A stretch of DNA of 64,000 bases from Paramoeba atlantica (taxonomy: Eukaryota; Protista; Discosea), in NCBI GenBank assembly GCA_977017575.1, contig CDRNVI010000065.1, forward strand, positions 370,196-434,195, read 5' to 3'. The notes under the pieces were generated by a model. That model saw only the letters and a list, made by a program, of their open reading frames with translations, did no database searches and had not been told where the DNA came from. Of this stretch, positions 12,701 through 21,785 are shown in pieces (within the stretch, counting starts at the first letter, position 1; each line of letters opens with the position of its first letter). The position numbers and the translations under genes were made by a program.

Positions 12701-15700
12701 GTTTCGGACGCCCTGTCTACAACGACACATTCCGAGAATGATTTCAATAAAGATATGATGTCGCCATGCCAAACTCGAGCAACAAATTGATTAAGCTCTG
12801 GGGAAAACGTGTTTTTGAGTTTCGAAATACTCAAGAAGACTAGTGGGTTCTCTCCATTGAGCCGATTAGTCGACCGAGTGTCTTCATAAAGTTTCGCTAT
12901 ATGCTTTAGCACAAGTAAGTTATGATACGCAGAATAGAGCTCCCGATATAGCCAAGTACCATTCCAAGGGGTGGTGTCATAGTCAATTGGCCTTGCGGCT
13001 TCCTGGGGAATGTAGCTCTGGTTAAGCTCTTCTGATGCATCAATATTTATCACTGATCCTCTAGTTTCATGCGCACTCGTAGTGTCGACCTTTGAGGGTG
13101 AACTGCTAGATGCTTTATCGGAAGGCTCGGGAGCGCGTGGTATCGATAGTTTATCAACAAAACTACCAAACGTGGATAGCGTTGTGGGTGTATCACTAGA
13201 TTTTTCCTCTGAAGCCAAGCAGCTAAGAGTCTGAGATGCTTCGTCATATCGAAAATATTCGGGACAAACCGCTGCAAGTATTTCTGCGTTCAAGGTGCCA
13301 GGTGCGGGAATCGCAACGCTATTCCCAAAATTAATCCAAACTTGGAGATGTTTTGGAAGCTTTTCTACTTTAAATGGAAGAAATCGCCTCATTTTTGAAG
13401 CACTTATACCATTTTTATCTCCATAAATATTGGGAGTTCTTCGTAATCTCTCAATGGAGTTTCGTAAGTCAGCGATTCTTGCATTCCACCCTTCATAGTT
13501 TAAGTAGGGAGCGACAGTTGCGTTATGCCTCAACCAACCCATCACTAACCTTTTGTTCACTTCGAATATCGGGCTGGTAATTTCTTTCCATCCTGTTTGT
13601 ATGTTAGAATCCAAAACTTTTCGGAAGTGATGCTTCTCCAAATTTCTGAGGCACTTCTCCTGATGAAAGAGCGTCCGTATTTGAGCCTCTTCGTGTTCGT
13701 CATTCTCAAAAACGTTTCGTTTGACAAATATAAGTGATTTTTCCTTTGAGTCCGATAATTTCCCAGGCTTACCTACTTTGACTACGCAAATGATGGAATT
13801 CTGGCAGACTGCGTCTTTATTTGATGCTGCACCCTGAGTCATACATATTCCATTGGTATTCATAATCCATTCAGGAGTAGAACTTAAGATTTCTATACAT
13901 TTCGTTAGACTCGAATCCGGCAAAGGGCTAAGTTTCGAAGCCACTCGGCTTATGACTGCACTCCATGGAACCCAATAACTCGGAATTTCTGAAAGAACAC
14001 TACTCATATTATAGTTTGCAAGATCGATAGTAGTTGCTACTTCTGGCTTGAAAAAGCTTTGATTTTCTTTCCATCCTCTACAGCAGATGTACACGATGGA
14101 ATCACCCTGTTTGGTTAACCTTTCGTCGATGCAGTACGACGAGCGCATAATTTCATGCGACCGCAAGAAACGAAACAGGCGAGCCCTCAAATAAAGAAAT
14201 TTCTTGGTCGGTTCATCATAGCGCGTACACGGAATGAACGTCGCTTTGTCTTTCCTACCGGAATCGCAAAATATATAGTCCCAATGAACGTCCACATCTT
14301 CTTCACTATCTTCGCTTTGATTTTCCTCTTGTGTAATACTCGTACGATCCGTATGCGAATCTAATGGTTGTTCGATATTACGGGTGGCACTGCTGTGCAA
14401 TTCACGCATCGTAAGAAGAAACAGGGCAATGAGGTCGAGTTCCGCCCATCCCGACAGCGGTATACAAAAGAGCATTGTAAACGCAACGTGCACAGAATGG
14501 AAATCAGTGTCGGGGACACAACCTCCCGATAAACTCGGTGTCTTCTCACCCCAGATATTCCCACATACGGAAAAGAATGTGTGATACAGTTCTATAAGTT
14601 CAGAGAGAAAGAAAAGGACTAACTCGGAGCTAACATTCGAGCTTAATTCGTCTAGTCGTAGCTTTTGCAAAACTGTGGACAGCACTTCGCGGGAGGGACA
14701 AGGCTTAACGCACAGCAAAGGAGATAGGAGAGAGACAAATTCGTGAATAAGATACGTGGTCGGTACCTCAGATAGTCCGTTTCTTTTCGACAGAAAAAGG
14801 CGAGATAATAACAAGAAAAATTGTCGAGCCCACACTCTTTGTAGGAAAAGATTAGCATTTCTGTGGTATGTGTATTTTGAATTAATACAAGATTTTTTGC
14901 TCACTCCTTCGCAATTCGTTTTTGACTCTTCGTTTACGTCTATCGAGGGTTTCGGATCATTTCTCGACGAGGATGGGATTCTCACTTCTTGTACAGAAGG
15001 ACTGACAGTCGAACTGTTTTCAAAAATTATTCTTTCCGTGCTGGCTTTAGAAATCAGGTTAGTGCCAGAAGATGGCGCCATTCCATCCCGATCTTTGTTG
15101 CTCGATATAATATTAGAATCTGACGTTTTCTTGCCTTTCTTTTCTCTTGGCGGCTTAGGTTGGCTCGAAACGGTTTCTTTTGGAGAATATGAATTGTAAG
15201 ACATACGCGTACCTAGTAAATGCTGGCTATGACTCTGAATTAACTTCGTAGGTTGCAACTCACACTCAGAAAGTATTTTCCGAAATCCAATAATTCGGCT
15301 TCCGTCGTACAGATACTGATTCCGTTCTTTAATAATGGCTTTAGATTCTTCCTTGACTTGATAGCAGTCAGTTGAGCACCTGAATAAGTTGTGTGTTGCG
15401 CATTGACTGTCATCGAAGTGCTCATCCATTCGGTGGTAAGCACATGGCGATGGACACAGAAATTGATAGTGAGAAACAGGGCAACCGTAGTAACGAACCC
15501 CGGAAAAGCATGCACAAAATTGTCTTTCTGAATCCTCGGGACATGGTAGCCAATCGTCTGATAAGTATTTTTCATTTCCTTGGAGGTATCGATGCATGTT
15601 CTTCGGGTCTGTGCCCTGAAGAGCTATTTTTTGTTCGCTGTATACTAGATTCATCGAAGTTCCATACGCTCCATAAGTAGATTCAACATCCCTTGGACTT

Positions 15701-16290
15701 TCTAGCCCCGCGTCTATTGAATCAGAGGAATCTGCATTTAAAAAGTTTGTTCTGGTCATGGTATTTATGCGAGGCTTTTTAGGGTTTCCTTTTATAAGGG
15801 CGCCTTGAGCAACGTTCAATTGCAAATATCTTTCGTAAATACTCTTACGATGTAGATGGCGCGACCAACGAGAATTGTATCGTGAAGGAAATTTTCTTTG
15901 ATTTAGATATGTATCGCTTCGTTCACTTTTCCACTCATTTTCCAGCTTTGTACAAAAGGATTTTGTTGATCTGGCATAGGGTTCAAGACTTCTAATCCAA
16001 TATATTAAAGTATTTTTAGGAATGCGAGGAAGAGCGCGATGCGTGCACTCAGGAGAACTAGAAAAGGGGTCTGAACCACTTACGGCAAAAGATTGCGAAT
16101 TGGCGAGAGAATTCACTTCTTCAAAGGCCGAATAAGAGGACTTATCGACATCGGCTGCGTATTGGTCGCAGGTCTCATTGAGATTGAGTTTGCAACCCGA
16201 GTACCAAGGAAATCCCGTACGGGCGAGAAAACCTCGAAAGTACTGTAAGGATGGCGAATTTTCAAATCTTCTGCGACGCTGCAACTTCAT
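6715..16290 (-). CDS. Giant (3191 aa) protein with a three-fold repeated module
   Basis: Uninterrupted 9.6-kb ORF. The motif sets P-x-x-GW, P-x-Y-[WY]-VP and W-x-x-x-x-CP-[FY] each recur three times at ~2-kb spacing. Confidence 0.85.
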   Translation of the reverse strand: MKLQRRRRFENSPSLQYFRGFLARTGFPWYSGCKLNLNETCDQYAADVDKSSYSAFEEVNSLANSQSFAVSGSDPFSSSPECTHRALPRIPKNTLIYWIRSLEPYARSTKSFCTKLENEWKSERSDTYLNQRKFPSRYNSRWSRHLHRKSIYERYLQLNVAQGALIKGNPKKPRINTMTRTNFLNADSSDSIDAGLESPRDVESTYGAYGTSMNLVYSEQKIALQGTDPKNMHRYLQGNEKYLSDDWLPCPEDSERQFCACFSGVRYYGCPVSHYQFLCPSPCAYHRMDEHFDDSQCATHNLFRCSTDCYQVKEESKAIIKERNQYLYDGSRIIGFRKILSECELQPTKLIQSHSQHLLGTRMSYNSYSPKETVSSQPKPPREKKGKKTSDSNIISSNKDRDGMAPSSGTNLISKASTERIIFENSSTVSPSVQEVRIPSSSRNDPKPSIDVNEESKTNCEGVSKKSCINSKYTYHRNANLFLQRVWARQFFLLLSRLFLSKRNGLSEVPTTYLIHEFVSLLSPLLCVKPCPSREVLSTVLQKLRLDELSSNVSSELVLFFLSELIELYHTFFSVCGNIWGEKTPSLSGGCVPDTDFHSVHVAFTMLFCIPLSGWAELDLIALFLLTMRELHSSATRNIEQPLDSHTDRTSITQEENQSEDSEEDVDVHWDYIFCDSGRKDKATFIPCTRYDEPTKKFLYLRARLFRFLRSHEIMRSSYCIDERLTKQGDSIVYICCRGWKENQSFFKPEVATTIDLANYNMSSVLSEIPSYWVPWSAVISRVASKLSPLPDSSLTKCIEILSSTPEWIMNTNGICMTQGAASNKDAVCQNSIICVVKVGKPGKLSDSKEKSLIFVKRNVFENDEHEEAQIRTLFHQEKCLRNLEKHHFRKVLDSNIQTGWKEITSPIFEVNKRLVMGWLRHNATVAPYLNYEGWNARIADLRNSIERLRRTPNIYGDKNGISASKMRRFLPFKVEKLPKHLQVWINFGNSVAIPAPGTLNAEILAAVCPEYFRYDEASQTLSCLASEEKSSDTPTTLSTFGSFVDKLSIPRAPEPSDKASSSSPSKVDTTSAHETRGSVINIDASEELNQSYIPQEAARPIDYDTTPWNGTWLYRELYSAYHNLLVLKHIAKLYEDTRSTNRLNGENPLVFLSISKLKNTFSPELNQFVARVWHGDIISLLKSFSECVVVDRASETISLCESARYNRRKYDVQAAILEKYIPVVGWIRISSLEPLFLGLRVQKIVEEIELNRIHSDKYRIDVVQPGNYSVISRRIWGDFQTQTTPQRLIADDIFPLQAITVLNEVIAAVPEYWVPVHEVLKRLPRHVKSALEIVTLSRLMQVFAPHRFLLVSSYLEFGERPKIGDANRIPNKFPGDSKPTRRHLIRRCPSDDVHEKMVKKSPTVYPFPPCSYVYHKFDLVETNVWYLAVALSEYSCPISTEKMLQELPVDLVRWLRDHCPFTMCSLAEMYPSLFECVSEEETKSTNSGIDVMDHGLSQQAKKSSESAFGNLFRVAARCGKVLKLYDTKTASTTCTSFEKKSRTDRLARLATHSLLKEIWNRLSPELWTTLPKDISLKILHGRSFGNFTPPRGGRRYPVGSSSDTDRFRKQASFQSHSLESRSCFPRNSNSTIKYTASPPAVNRFSLFGQNNAPVSHKVQKNSAGHVLKYPNSTDHIPHSNKSVTREENRTEPLTRLNSTRRTVVETPRSSGNEDFFNKVEPHTYRSVVIPPSTVTDAKPRIDKVKPWISEEKSQISQGEPRASQETPRMNEEGTPTAKRESIAWSGAVLAQAGTLATKRINLLSLVIKKVSKLACDEDEDFGIDLHSNDFSRYINSKKLWKMVPTSAHHYIDNYWSGSFENFLLRHHRILVLKPKINSTIPHDENQVWLRPLHTRMHNSKICTTSYFSYVLRLFVPEIGWTHLKSILPLFHGVDESQVQEQIEKDKTLRGAYHSKKSGENYFLRKKTWYVHDTVPGTPFTLTLELYELMNALYILLPSYYVPLEELISQFTTKEMTLFLTVKPYRLLQWMSGSGNACLISWISFSYRKSNQDCNRKALESKHPLSEKGDTVQSFFVRRSAPISNVLYPSCMAHYAGYNDLSLRSVELAIYMCFATILKSEDEREVLLSSSDNHFLSALSPAMSVGDIIEILPETLKYWMLYECPFEPHTFFRMTTSLFEAYSVDCGSDVTSQADHEGEDESPIKKKTVGSDPDQNLKEVPKKGIWYSGPQYRSRVHAMLSAEELRTLFHDILNLVRESNETSRNVREGLCSIVLQEPISIRYRTMTGEISSRWTSALYEEGEEAFEDATNPFSAENEPCGTHHYFVNVAVPSNNPYFVKIHERFSLSPTPNDRFPFSDAATADNRKKGNVIRFACPEWEPASNGTLQERELILETFLQDFGYNSASPQHEYHRVEHSNSTALRGSSEVQKTIVRQLLCRPDRLSAEYIAEVLEDNATRLKLAVWLQNAVIQSRKKRKTQEKRTKKNLLKQPRNSINGMELNMPKEMEKYFDSSWDSSAEKFVAAHSFVFDYNAEKGSVRLHPYSDDQLFSILDSFVPIVGWFSCRDLECLIQVCQTGKQQESASIHLNNIVDEHPILKRSHMVLHHCNDRYIGRKDWGITRERFPVSEFRNKNSLLMLELKFTDAMALAAPSYWVPLTLTLTRLPPAALELIKERNIASLLNCYAPYRYFELRCCPLIHPTTNEVTEVVYIRRSLHNNPLMACSERYRSFHSLPTRVAQISWCLSDQLTPLRLKEIAELLPMELARWIEHECPYTFVTLARLFPQLLETITDYEDSLSSHGTPIHRYRSSLVSSFNDSQEELPESATTTRITTTSSSAMPSPHYFDDQMVLSNVPKTCEENKEAILQFSTHFHFAMKMSSPQGVGTGLYLDLARSSCGHVTLAYQRWREDCGDYARKRGKSESSILERRVSSVGLPRGESSSDDLGGEEEELEETRFKTFVQSLRESVELPPGWSSQVKGDEKRYDSPGDLSKEDWFSGTAEIGKIVDHGADVTRLSSCWFSKRVKLARRNTTLHISARLFLHTEWESEVLDPTPFDESARFRWTRNTNTERSCEHCEWDEILQEDTSFVVKADSIPLTTAPSQKLLQRLSTHLYRFSSLLSAARNTATANLLICPHENRMSCVSGGTRNLGTTKTPSEEALVNDDDRTPKKIYKTKRSSSKERKKKARK

Positions 16291-16913
16291 TTCTCCTCAC
16301 TATGTAGCGCAACCTATCTATGCAGTCTTCTGTGTAATTTGAGACAATGGTCCGCGCACTGCACCATCAATGTGCGAGAGGTCAGATTGGTGCGGTTCGC
16401 GTGATGCTCCCAATTTTAACTATTGACATGATTCTTTTTCCAGCTTGAGATAGGAAAAAAACGTTTTTTTCTTCTACTAAATTTGTTTAGAAAAATGTCT
16501 AGAGCAGAAATAATGAATTGTGGTTCTCTTATTTTTGATTGCGTGCCAAAAGAAAATTATAAAATTCAGTGCAATGAACTGTTTTCATTTTTGTGTCGAA
16601 TATATGCTTGTTTGAAGTGACATCACGTAGAGTGCGAATACTGCTACTATATATTGAAACTATTTCCAATCAAATCCATCAGGCAAAAATCTCTGTTTTA
16701 GGAAATGAACACGAAAAGAAATTACTAGTTTAAGCTATTTTACTTAGTGGTTTAATGGTATAATAGTGACAAAAACAGGAACTGATACTACAGTATCAGA
16801 GTAGATATTTGTCCACCTAATTAACAGTCCACCCATTTTTTGATATTTGGATTCCTACCCGTATCTGGAATCTAACCCTGTTCCGGGTTATTGTCCCCCC
16901 GGCAAGATAACTA

Positions 16914-17218
16914 CTATCCCCACCTATTTAATGGGGCAACGGTTTTGGTGGAAATGCCTTAATAAAGAGGGGGGGGACTAATTAAGGAGATGGAATAAAA
17001 TAATGCACACGAACTTACGTATAGAAACGAACGTATAGAAACAAACTAACGTATAGAAACATCGTAGGTCGAAGTTTACATCAAAATCAGATAACGCACT
17101 CAAATTTATAACGATACGCACATGTACTAGTAGTTATAGTATCTTGTTTGACCTTTTAGACAAAATAGCCCTATTAAAGGGGGGGCACGCATAGCCCTAT
17201 TAAATAGGGGGTGGATAG
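16914..17218. mobile_element. MITE family C (TA-flanked)
   Basis: TIRs CTATCCCCACCTATTTAATGGGGC / GCCCTATTAAATAGGGGGTGGATAG with TA at 16912-13 and 17219-20. Related copy at 30384-30670. Confidence 0.75.
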
Positions 17219-17442
17219 TAGCTATAGTCGCAATAACCTTACTTACAGTATACCTTACACTGTATGAGTTCGACGAACACTCTTCTTCAAGAGTACACTT
17301 ATCTTATCGACTCATTCCTTTGGGCCAAAGAACGAAATGGTTTTCGTAGCCTGACAGACGACATGTAAACCATGCTTTGGGTTAATGTGCCCATGGCTAC
17401 GGGTTAATGTGTCCTGTAGTTATTGTGCCGGGGGCATGATAA

Positions 17443-17979
17443 GAGGGTTGAAACCCACGAAAGGCAAAACCTGGCAAAACCCGCATATTCCTCATTGACA
17501 TGGCGAAGAAAAGTACTTTGTCAAAAGTAGTGAAGAACGTACTTGGTCTCCATCGTGCGCTGCAAAGCATTTTCGCGCCACAAAAAATGAAAATTTTGAA
17601 AAAGATATTTTTTGAAATAAACCCTCAGAAACGGTAGCCGAGTTCTTGGCGAACACTTTCCACCCCCGTACTCGGGGACGACTCCCCCTGGTATCAACAG
17701 GACGGGGCCGCCAAGTTTGGTTTCTTCTGAAAAGAAAATTGAAAAACACGCCAACTTGGCGAAAAACATAGCTTAAAAAATAGTTATTCAAAATCGTTTC
17801 ACCTATAGTAGTTTGAGAGTTTGGGACCTATACTAGCTTTCTACGCCGTTGTTTTCACAAGATACCCCTTCTTGAAGCCGTGACACGTCTCCCAAAATGA
17901 CGCCCAAAAAAATAGGTGTCCTGGCAAAACCAGGCAAAACTTGGCGAAACCTGGCAAAATTTAACAGGTTTCAACCCTC
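17443..17979. mobile_element. Tourist/Harbinger-type MITE with 3-bp TAA target-site duplication
   Basis: Perfect TIRs GAGGGTTGAAACC / GGTTTCAACCCTC, TAA at 17440-42 and 17980-82, and CCTGGCAAAA-type subterminal repeats at both ends. Confidence 0.8.
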
Positions 17980-18688
17980 TAAGTGGGAACGATTATTAGT
18001 ATTGTGCCCCCCATAAAATTGAGCGCCTCAAAGCTATTTTCATCACTGCTTCAGATAAGGCAGGCTATTAGCTAGACAAGGGACGCTATTGGCGTAGTTG
18101 AAGCGCCAATTAAATTAATATTTGCATCACATTAGCTTAGATTTTACTTTTTCGAGGTATTGTGGTCCGCGATAGGAAAAGAAACGCCGCAAATCGGTGC
18201 GAGTTTTTATGCATTTACTTATGATGGAAATCAGTATTTCCGTGACATCAGCGAGGCTCTTCGTTTTACCCAACACCCGTTTTCATAATCAAAATTATTG
18301 TATCCATCTTCTGCCCTCCTGTATTTCATCGTTGGTCATGAGTCAAGTACGCTAAGGTGTAGACAACGTATTACAACTTCACTTCGGGAGACTGACGCAT
18401 GGGAGAAATCTTGCTCTGGGGTTGTCGCTGGTGCATATTCCCCGGCACGGCTGTCTTCCCGGTAATCACTCCGAGCGGTATACTGTATCACCATGGGAGT
18501 GCGACTCTGGTGATACGGTGTACCTACACGTACACACACACTCGATTCTCCTGTTCTACAAATCATATTTAAAAGATTTCTACAGTTGACGAGTAGAAAC
18601 AATCCCGCGAGCTGCGCGGGATTGGTCAGTTCTCCGAACTTCATGATTATCTTCAAAACTGAAACTCATGTCTGGTCGAACGGTGATT

Positions 18689-19486
18689 CTACACTGGGTA
18701 CCGCAACATGATACTTTTATCCGAGTGAAGAGAATCGCCACTCAGACCGTATATCTTTAACCCATGCACTCTGCTATCGCGCCCATTCTCATGATTTTCC
18801 GTGAAGTCAAGTGCAAAGTAACTCCCCGCAATAAGCTGGGTGACGGCTCGCTGCTCGTTCCGCAGTTGGATGCTAACCCAACCGGTAGGGGAAGAGAAGG
18901 AGGCCTGGAGTATTTCCTCGGCGTCGCGGCAACTCGTGCCGCACCGGACATGAACGCGGCTTGGCGTATAACTGTCGTCGCCTGGGTGGTCTAAAAGGAG
19001 ACATATTTCGGAAACCAGTACCAGGCGAGGAAAAGAAATTTCGATTCGATGAGGTTGAGTACCATCACTTTGCCAGTAAGTTTTCCGTGAGGGTGATACG
19101 CTGCTTAGGAGATCAGTTCTAGCACCTGTTAATTTACGATCGTAAGGAAGTAGGGAGCCAGAACACTGTCCGCGGAAACCGTTTCCAGCGTTCAATAACG
19201 CACATTCGATATATGTATTGGTTTTCAAACCTGTATTAAGTTTTAAATGCTCTATGCCACATTCATACTTTGAACTCGATACTTGCCATGAAGCTTGTGA
19301 TCCTATTTCGCGTATGTAATTGCTAATTTCATGTTTATACGAAGCGACATGAGAAGACCTTGATTCATACGAAACCGAAGCTCTATTAAACAAAGATCGA
19401 CTTGCTCCATCTGACAAGCCTTGAAAACCTTCAGGCGGCGTGTCTCCGTAACCAACAACGTCCATAAAAAGTTTTGTATAATACAA
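18689..19486 (-). CDS. APC10: Anaphase-promoting complex subunit 10 (DOC1 domain)
   Basis: Motifs WQVSSSK, TYWQSDGTQPH, DDSYTPSRV and NHENGRDSRVHGLKIYG. Confidence 0.9.
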   Translation of the reverse strand: MYYTKLFMDVVGYGDTPPEGFQGLSDGASRSLFNRASVSYESRSSHVASYKHEISNYIREIGSQASWQVSSSKYECGIEHLKLNTGLKTNTYIECALLNAGNGFRGQCSGSLLPYDRKLTGARTDLLSSVSPSRKTYWQSDGTQPHRIEISFPRLVLVSEICLLLDHPGDDSYTPSRVHVRCGTSCRDAEEILQASFSSPTGWVSIQLRNEQRAVTQLIAGSYFALDFTENHENGRDSRVHGLKIYGLSGDSLHSDKSIMLRYPV

Positions 19487-19566
19487 TGTATATTGTATAT
19501 GTCTGTGTGTGAGGGAGAGAGAGAGCGAGAGAATTTTCTACTTGCTATTCCTACCACATTAAAGAA

Positions 19567-19720
19567 ACAGTTTCTGTACCATAAAGAGTTTCTGGATCAT
19601 AAAAATACAGTTTCTGTACCTTGTTGGTACATTTTTCCTAGTTCATCCTTTCTTTTCCCGGAAACGGGCATACTCTTAAACTTTTATGTTCGTTTCCGGT
19701 TGGCGCTAGGGCCGGAAACT
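19567..19720 (+). ncRNA. Spliced-leader (SL) RNA-like gene, copy 1
   Basis: The kinetoplastid/diplonemid SL core ACAGTTTCTGTAC occurs at 19567 and 19607. The second core continues CTTGTTG|GTAC (donor GT at 19627). Downstream are a hairpin CCCG-GAAA-CGGG (19657-68), a U-rich single strand AACTTTTATG and a hairpin at 19692-19719. The exon 5' end is not canonical. Confidence 0.65.
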
Positions 19721-20063
19721 CATCTTTCCGTTGAAGAGGGGCCGCCGCTTCGCACCCTCGTGCAGCGCGCCAGACGCGCCGAGTGCCCCCGCTGGATGGA
19801 CGCCGGGGAAAGCCTCTCAACGACGCTGCGTAGCCGAAAGGTTTCTTGCAGCCTCTCAACAACGCCCCCCGCAGTGGAAGTCCAGTGCCCCCTTCACCCC
19901 CCCCCAGGCGCTGCAGGACCTCCCTTGAGGACCACGCGGCGTGGCCATAGGCCGAATCCCTGCCTACGACCGGCGTTGAATGCGCTGTAATGGCCGTTGA
20001 TAACGGTCGTCGTACGACAGGAAAAGCTCTGCCGGCTCGCCCGGTATGAAAGTGAAATGAAAT

Positions 20064-20166
20064 ACCTTGTTGTTGGTACTTAACCTTAGTTCCTTTCTTT
20101 CCCCGGAAACGGGCACTCTCTTACTGTATTTTCATACCCGTTGCCGACCGGCGCTAAAGCTGGAAC
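20064..20166 (+). pseudogene. Degenerate second SL RNA-like copy
   Basis: TACCTTGTTGTTG|GTAC (GT at 20076) followed by sequence aligning to copy 1, including CCCGGAAACGGGCA and GGCGCTA..GC.GGAA. The ACAGTTTCTG core is absent. Repeat period is ~450 bp. Confidence 0.5.
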
Positions 20167-20378
20167 TGTCCCTTTTTCTCACTGAAGCAGGGGAAGAGCC
20201 TTCATCCCTTCACCCCTCCCCGACTCACTCCCCTGGAGTGAGTGCTTTCTCTCTCGGCTTCTTTCTTCTTAATCTTTACCTCTCCGAGAGAGGTAGGCGT
20301 CACGGTGGCCTCCCTCGAGGACCACTAGACGTGTCCCTCGCTGCCCGTGTTTAGGCTCTCCTCACCTGGCGGTCACCC

Positions 20379-20520
20379 AGCTCTCCGCACCTCGGCTCTG
20401 TCGCAGCTCTCTGCACCCGAATTGCCCCCGAAACAGTAATATGGGGATTACGCATCCGACTCTCTGAACCTACGCAAGACAACCGAGCTCTCTGCACCTG
20501 GGACGCCAGCTCTCTGCACC
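20379..20520 (+). repeat. Four spaced copies of AGCTCTC(T/C)GCACC
   Basis: Copies at 20379, 20405, 20486 and 20508, plus degenerate copies near 20354 and 20458. Confidence 0.8.
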
Positions 20521-20673
20521 CATTCTCCTCCAGCGAGGGCAAATCCTCATGTGATCCACCCGTCGTGTGCGGGTAAGGACACTGTCTCTGCACTATAAGT
20601 GCATGATTAAACAACAATCAAGGACGCTTCGGAACTCAAAATCAATTTGAAACGCTTCGGATAACATGCATTA

Positions 20674-20958
20674 CCGTATACCCCCCCCAGTAAGGTACCC
20701 CCCAATAAGAGAAATTTGGCTTGGGAGCCCCACAGGGGGCGTATAGGGGGTAGGGGGTGGGTGTCTGCATGTTGGGGGCCTCGGGGGTAACCCAAAGAAG
20801 CGTTTTAACACGTTTTCAGAAGAAAAAATAGAAAAAACAGTCAAAAAAGTTGGGAGAAAAGGGGAAACTGGCCAAAAAAGCATACCCCCCCGGTAAGAGA
20901 GATTTGGCCATTTCGACCCTAAACTTTACTGATTCTCTTACTGAGGGGGGGTATACGG
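20674..20958. mobile_element. MITE family E (TA-flanked)
   Basis: TIRs CCGTATACCCCCCCCAGTAAG / CTTACTGAGGGGGGGTATACGG with TA at 20672-73 and 20959-60. Confidence 0.8.
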
Positions 20959-21785
20959 TAATCAAAGTTCGCATTCTCCTAGCGAAAATAAGCAGCGCTA
21001 GAAACCATGTGCAAAAGATTATTTTCACATCCATCGTAATCACGACCCCAAAAGGGCACCATACAATCCACGAGGAGGCTGCACACCGGAGCCACAGAAT
21101 GCTTTTAGTAGCAGACTATGAGCCAACACAGTCTTTCTCCCGAACAGCTCAGAATTTTGGGGTGCACAATTTTTTCAAACTTTTAACAAAGGCTAAAAAA
21201 TCCAGGAACGCACAGATCTCAAAATTGTGAACGAAAAAGTGGTGATGCAACTCTCATAGGTCCCCGCTCGAGAAAAACAAGGGGGCCTTATTCTCGTCGA
21301 GGGGTTTCAATATGCACGCGTGAGTAAGAACACGAAATACTAGCGCATGTGTAACAGAGCCAACTCATACAGTTTGTAGACATTTTCCATCGAATAGGAT
21401 CAATATTTCCGAAGATTATTCTATCCTCTCAAAAGAATTGCAACATCCTATTGGATTTTTTCGAAACGCTCCAATTGGAATCCAATTGGAGTCCCAACTG
21501 TGTAATACATGAGGGGCTGTGGGTGAAACCTCGCAAAATTTGTTGTGAGATTTATATGTGAGGGGGGTCACGCGTCTGTGGTGATCGACATAATATGGCA
21601 GAAATAGACGAGAGTATGCAGTTGACGATAGCGGATAAAAAAAGGATTCGAGCGAGTCGTTCAAAACCCCTAAGCTGTGCAATTTCATCGCTGAGCAAAC
21701 TCACATTTAGGCAAGACACAATTAGGCTTGATCAGATATATGTCATCAAATGTACATGTTTTATGGTAGTATATTCCATTAAACG

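Noticed and set aside
18336-18656. 106-aa minus-strand ORF downstream of APC10 (and short ORFs at 21416-21900)
   Set aside because: Non-ATG or short, with no recognisable motif. Cannot be distinguished from chance.
19082-19243. Cis-intron in APC10
   Set aside because: No GTATG/GTRAGT-like donor with a matching acceptor that restores the canonical length, and the frame is open.
19740-20620. 5S rRNA linked to the SL repeat
   Set aside because: Looked for by eye on both strands; no 5S-like sequence was recognised.
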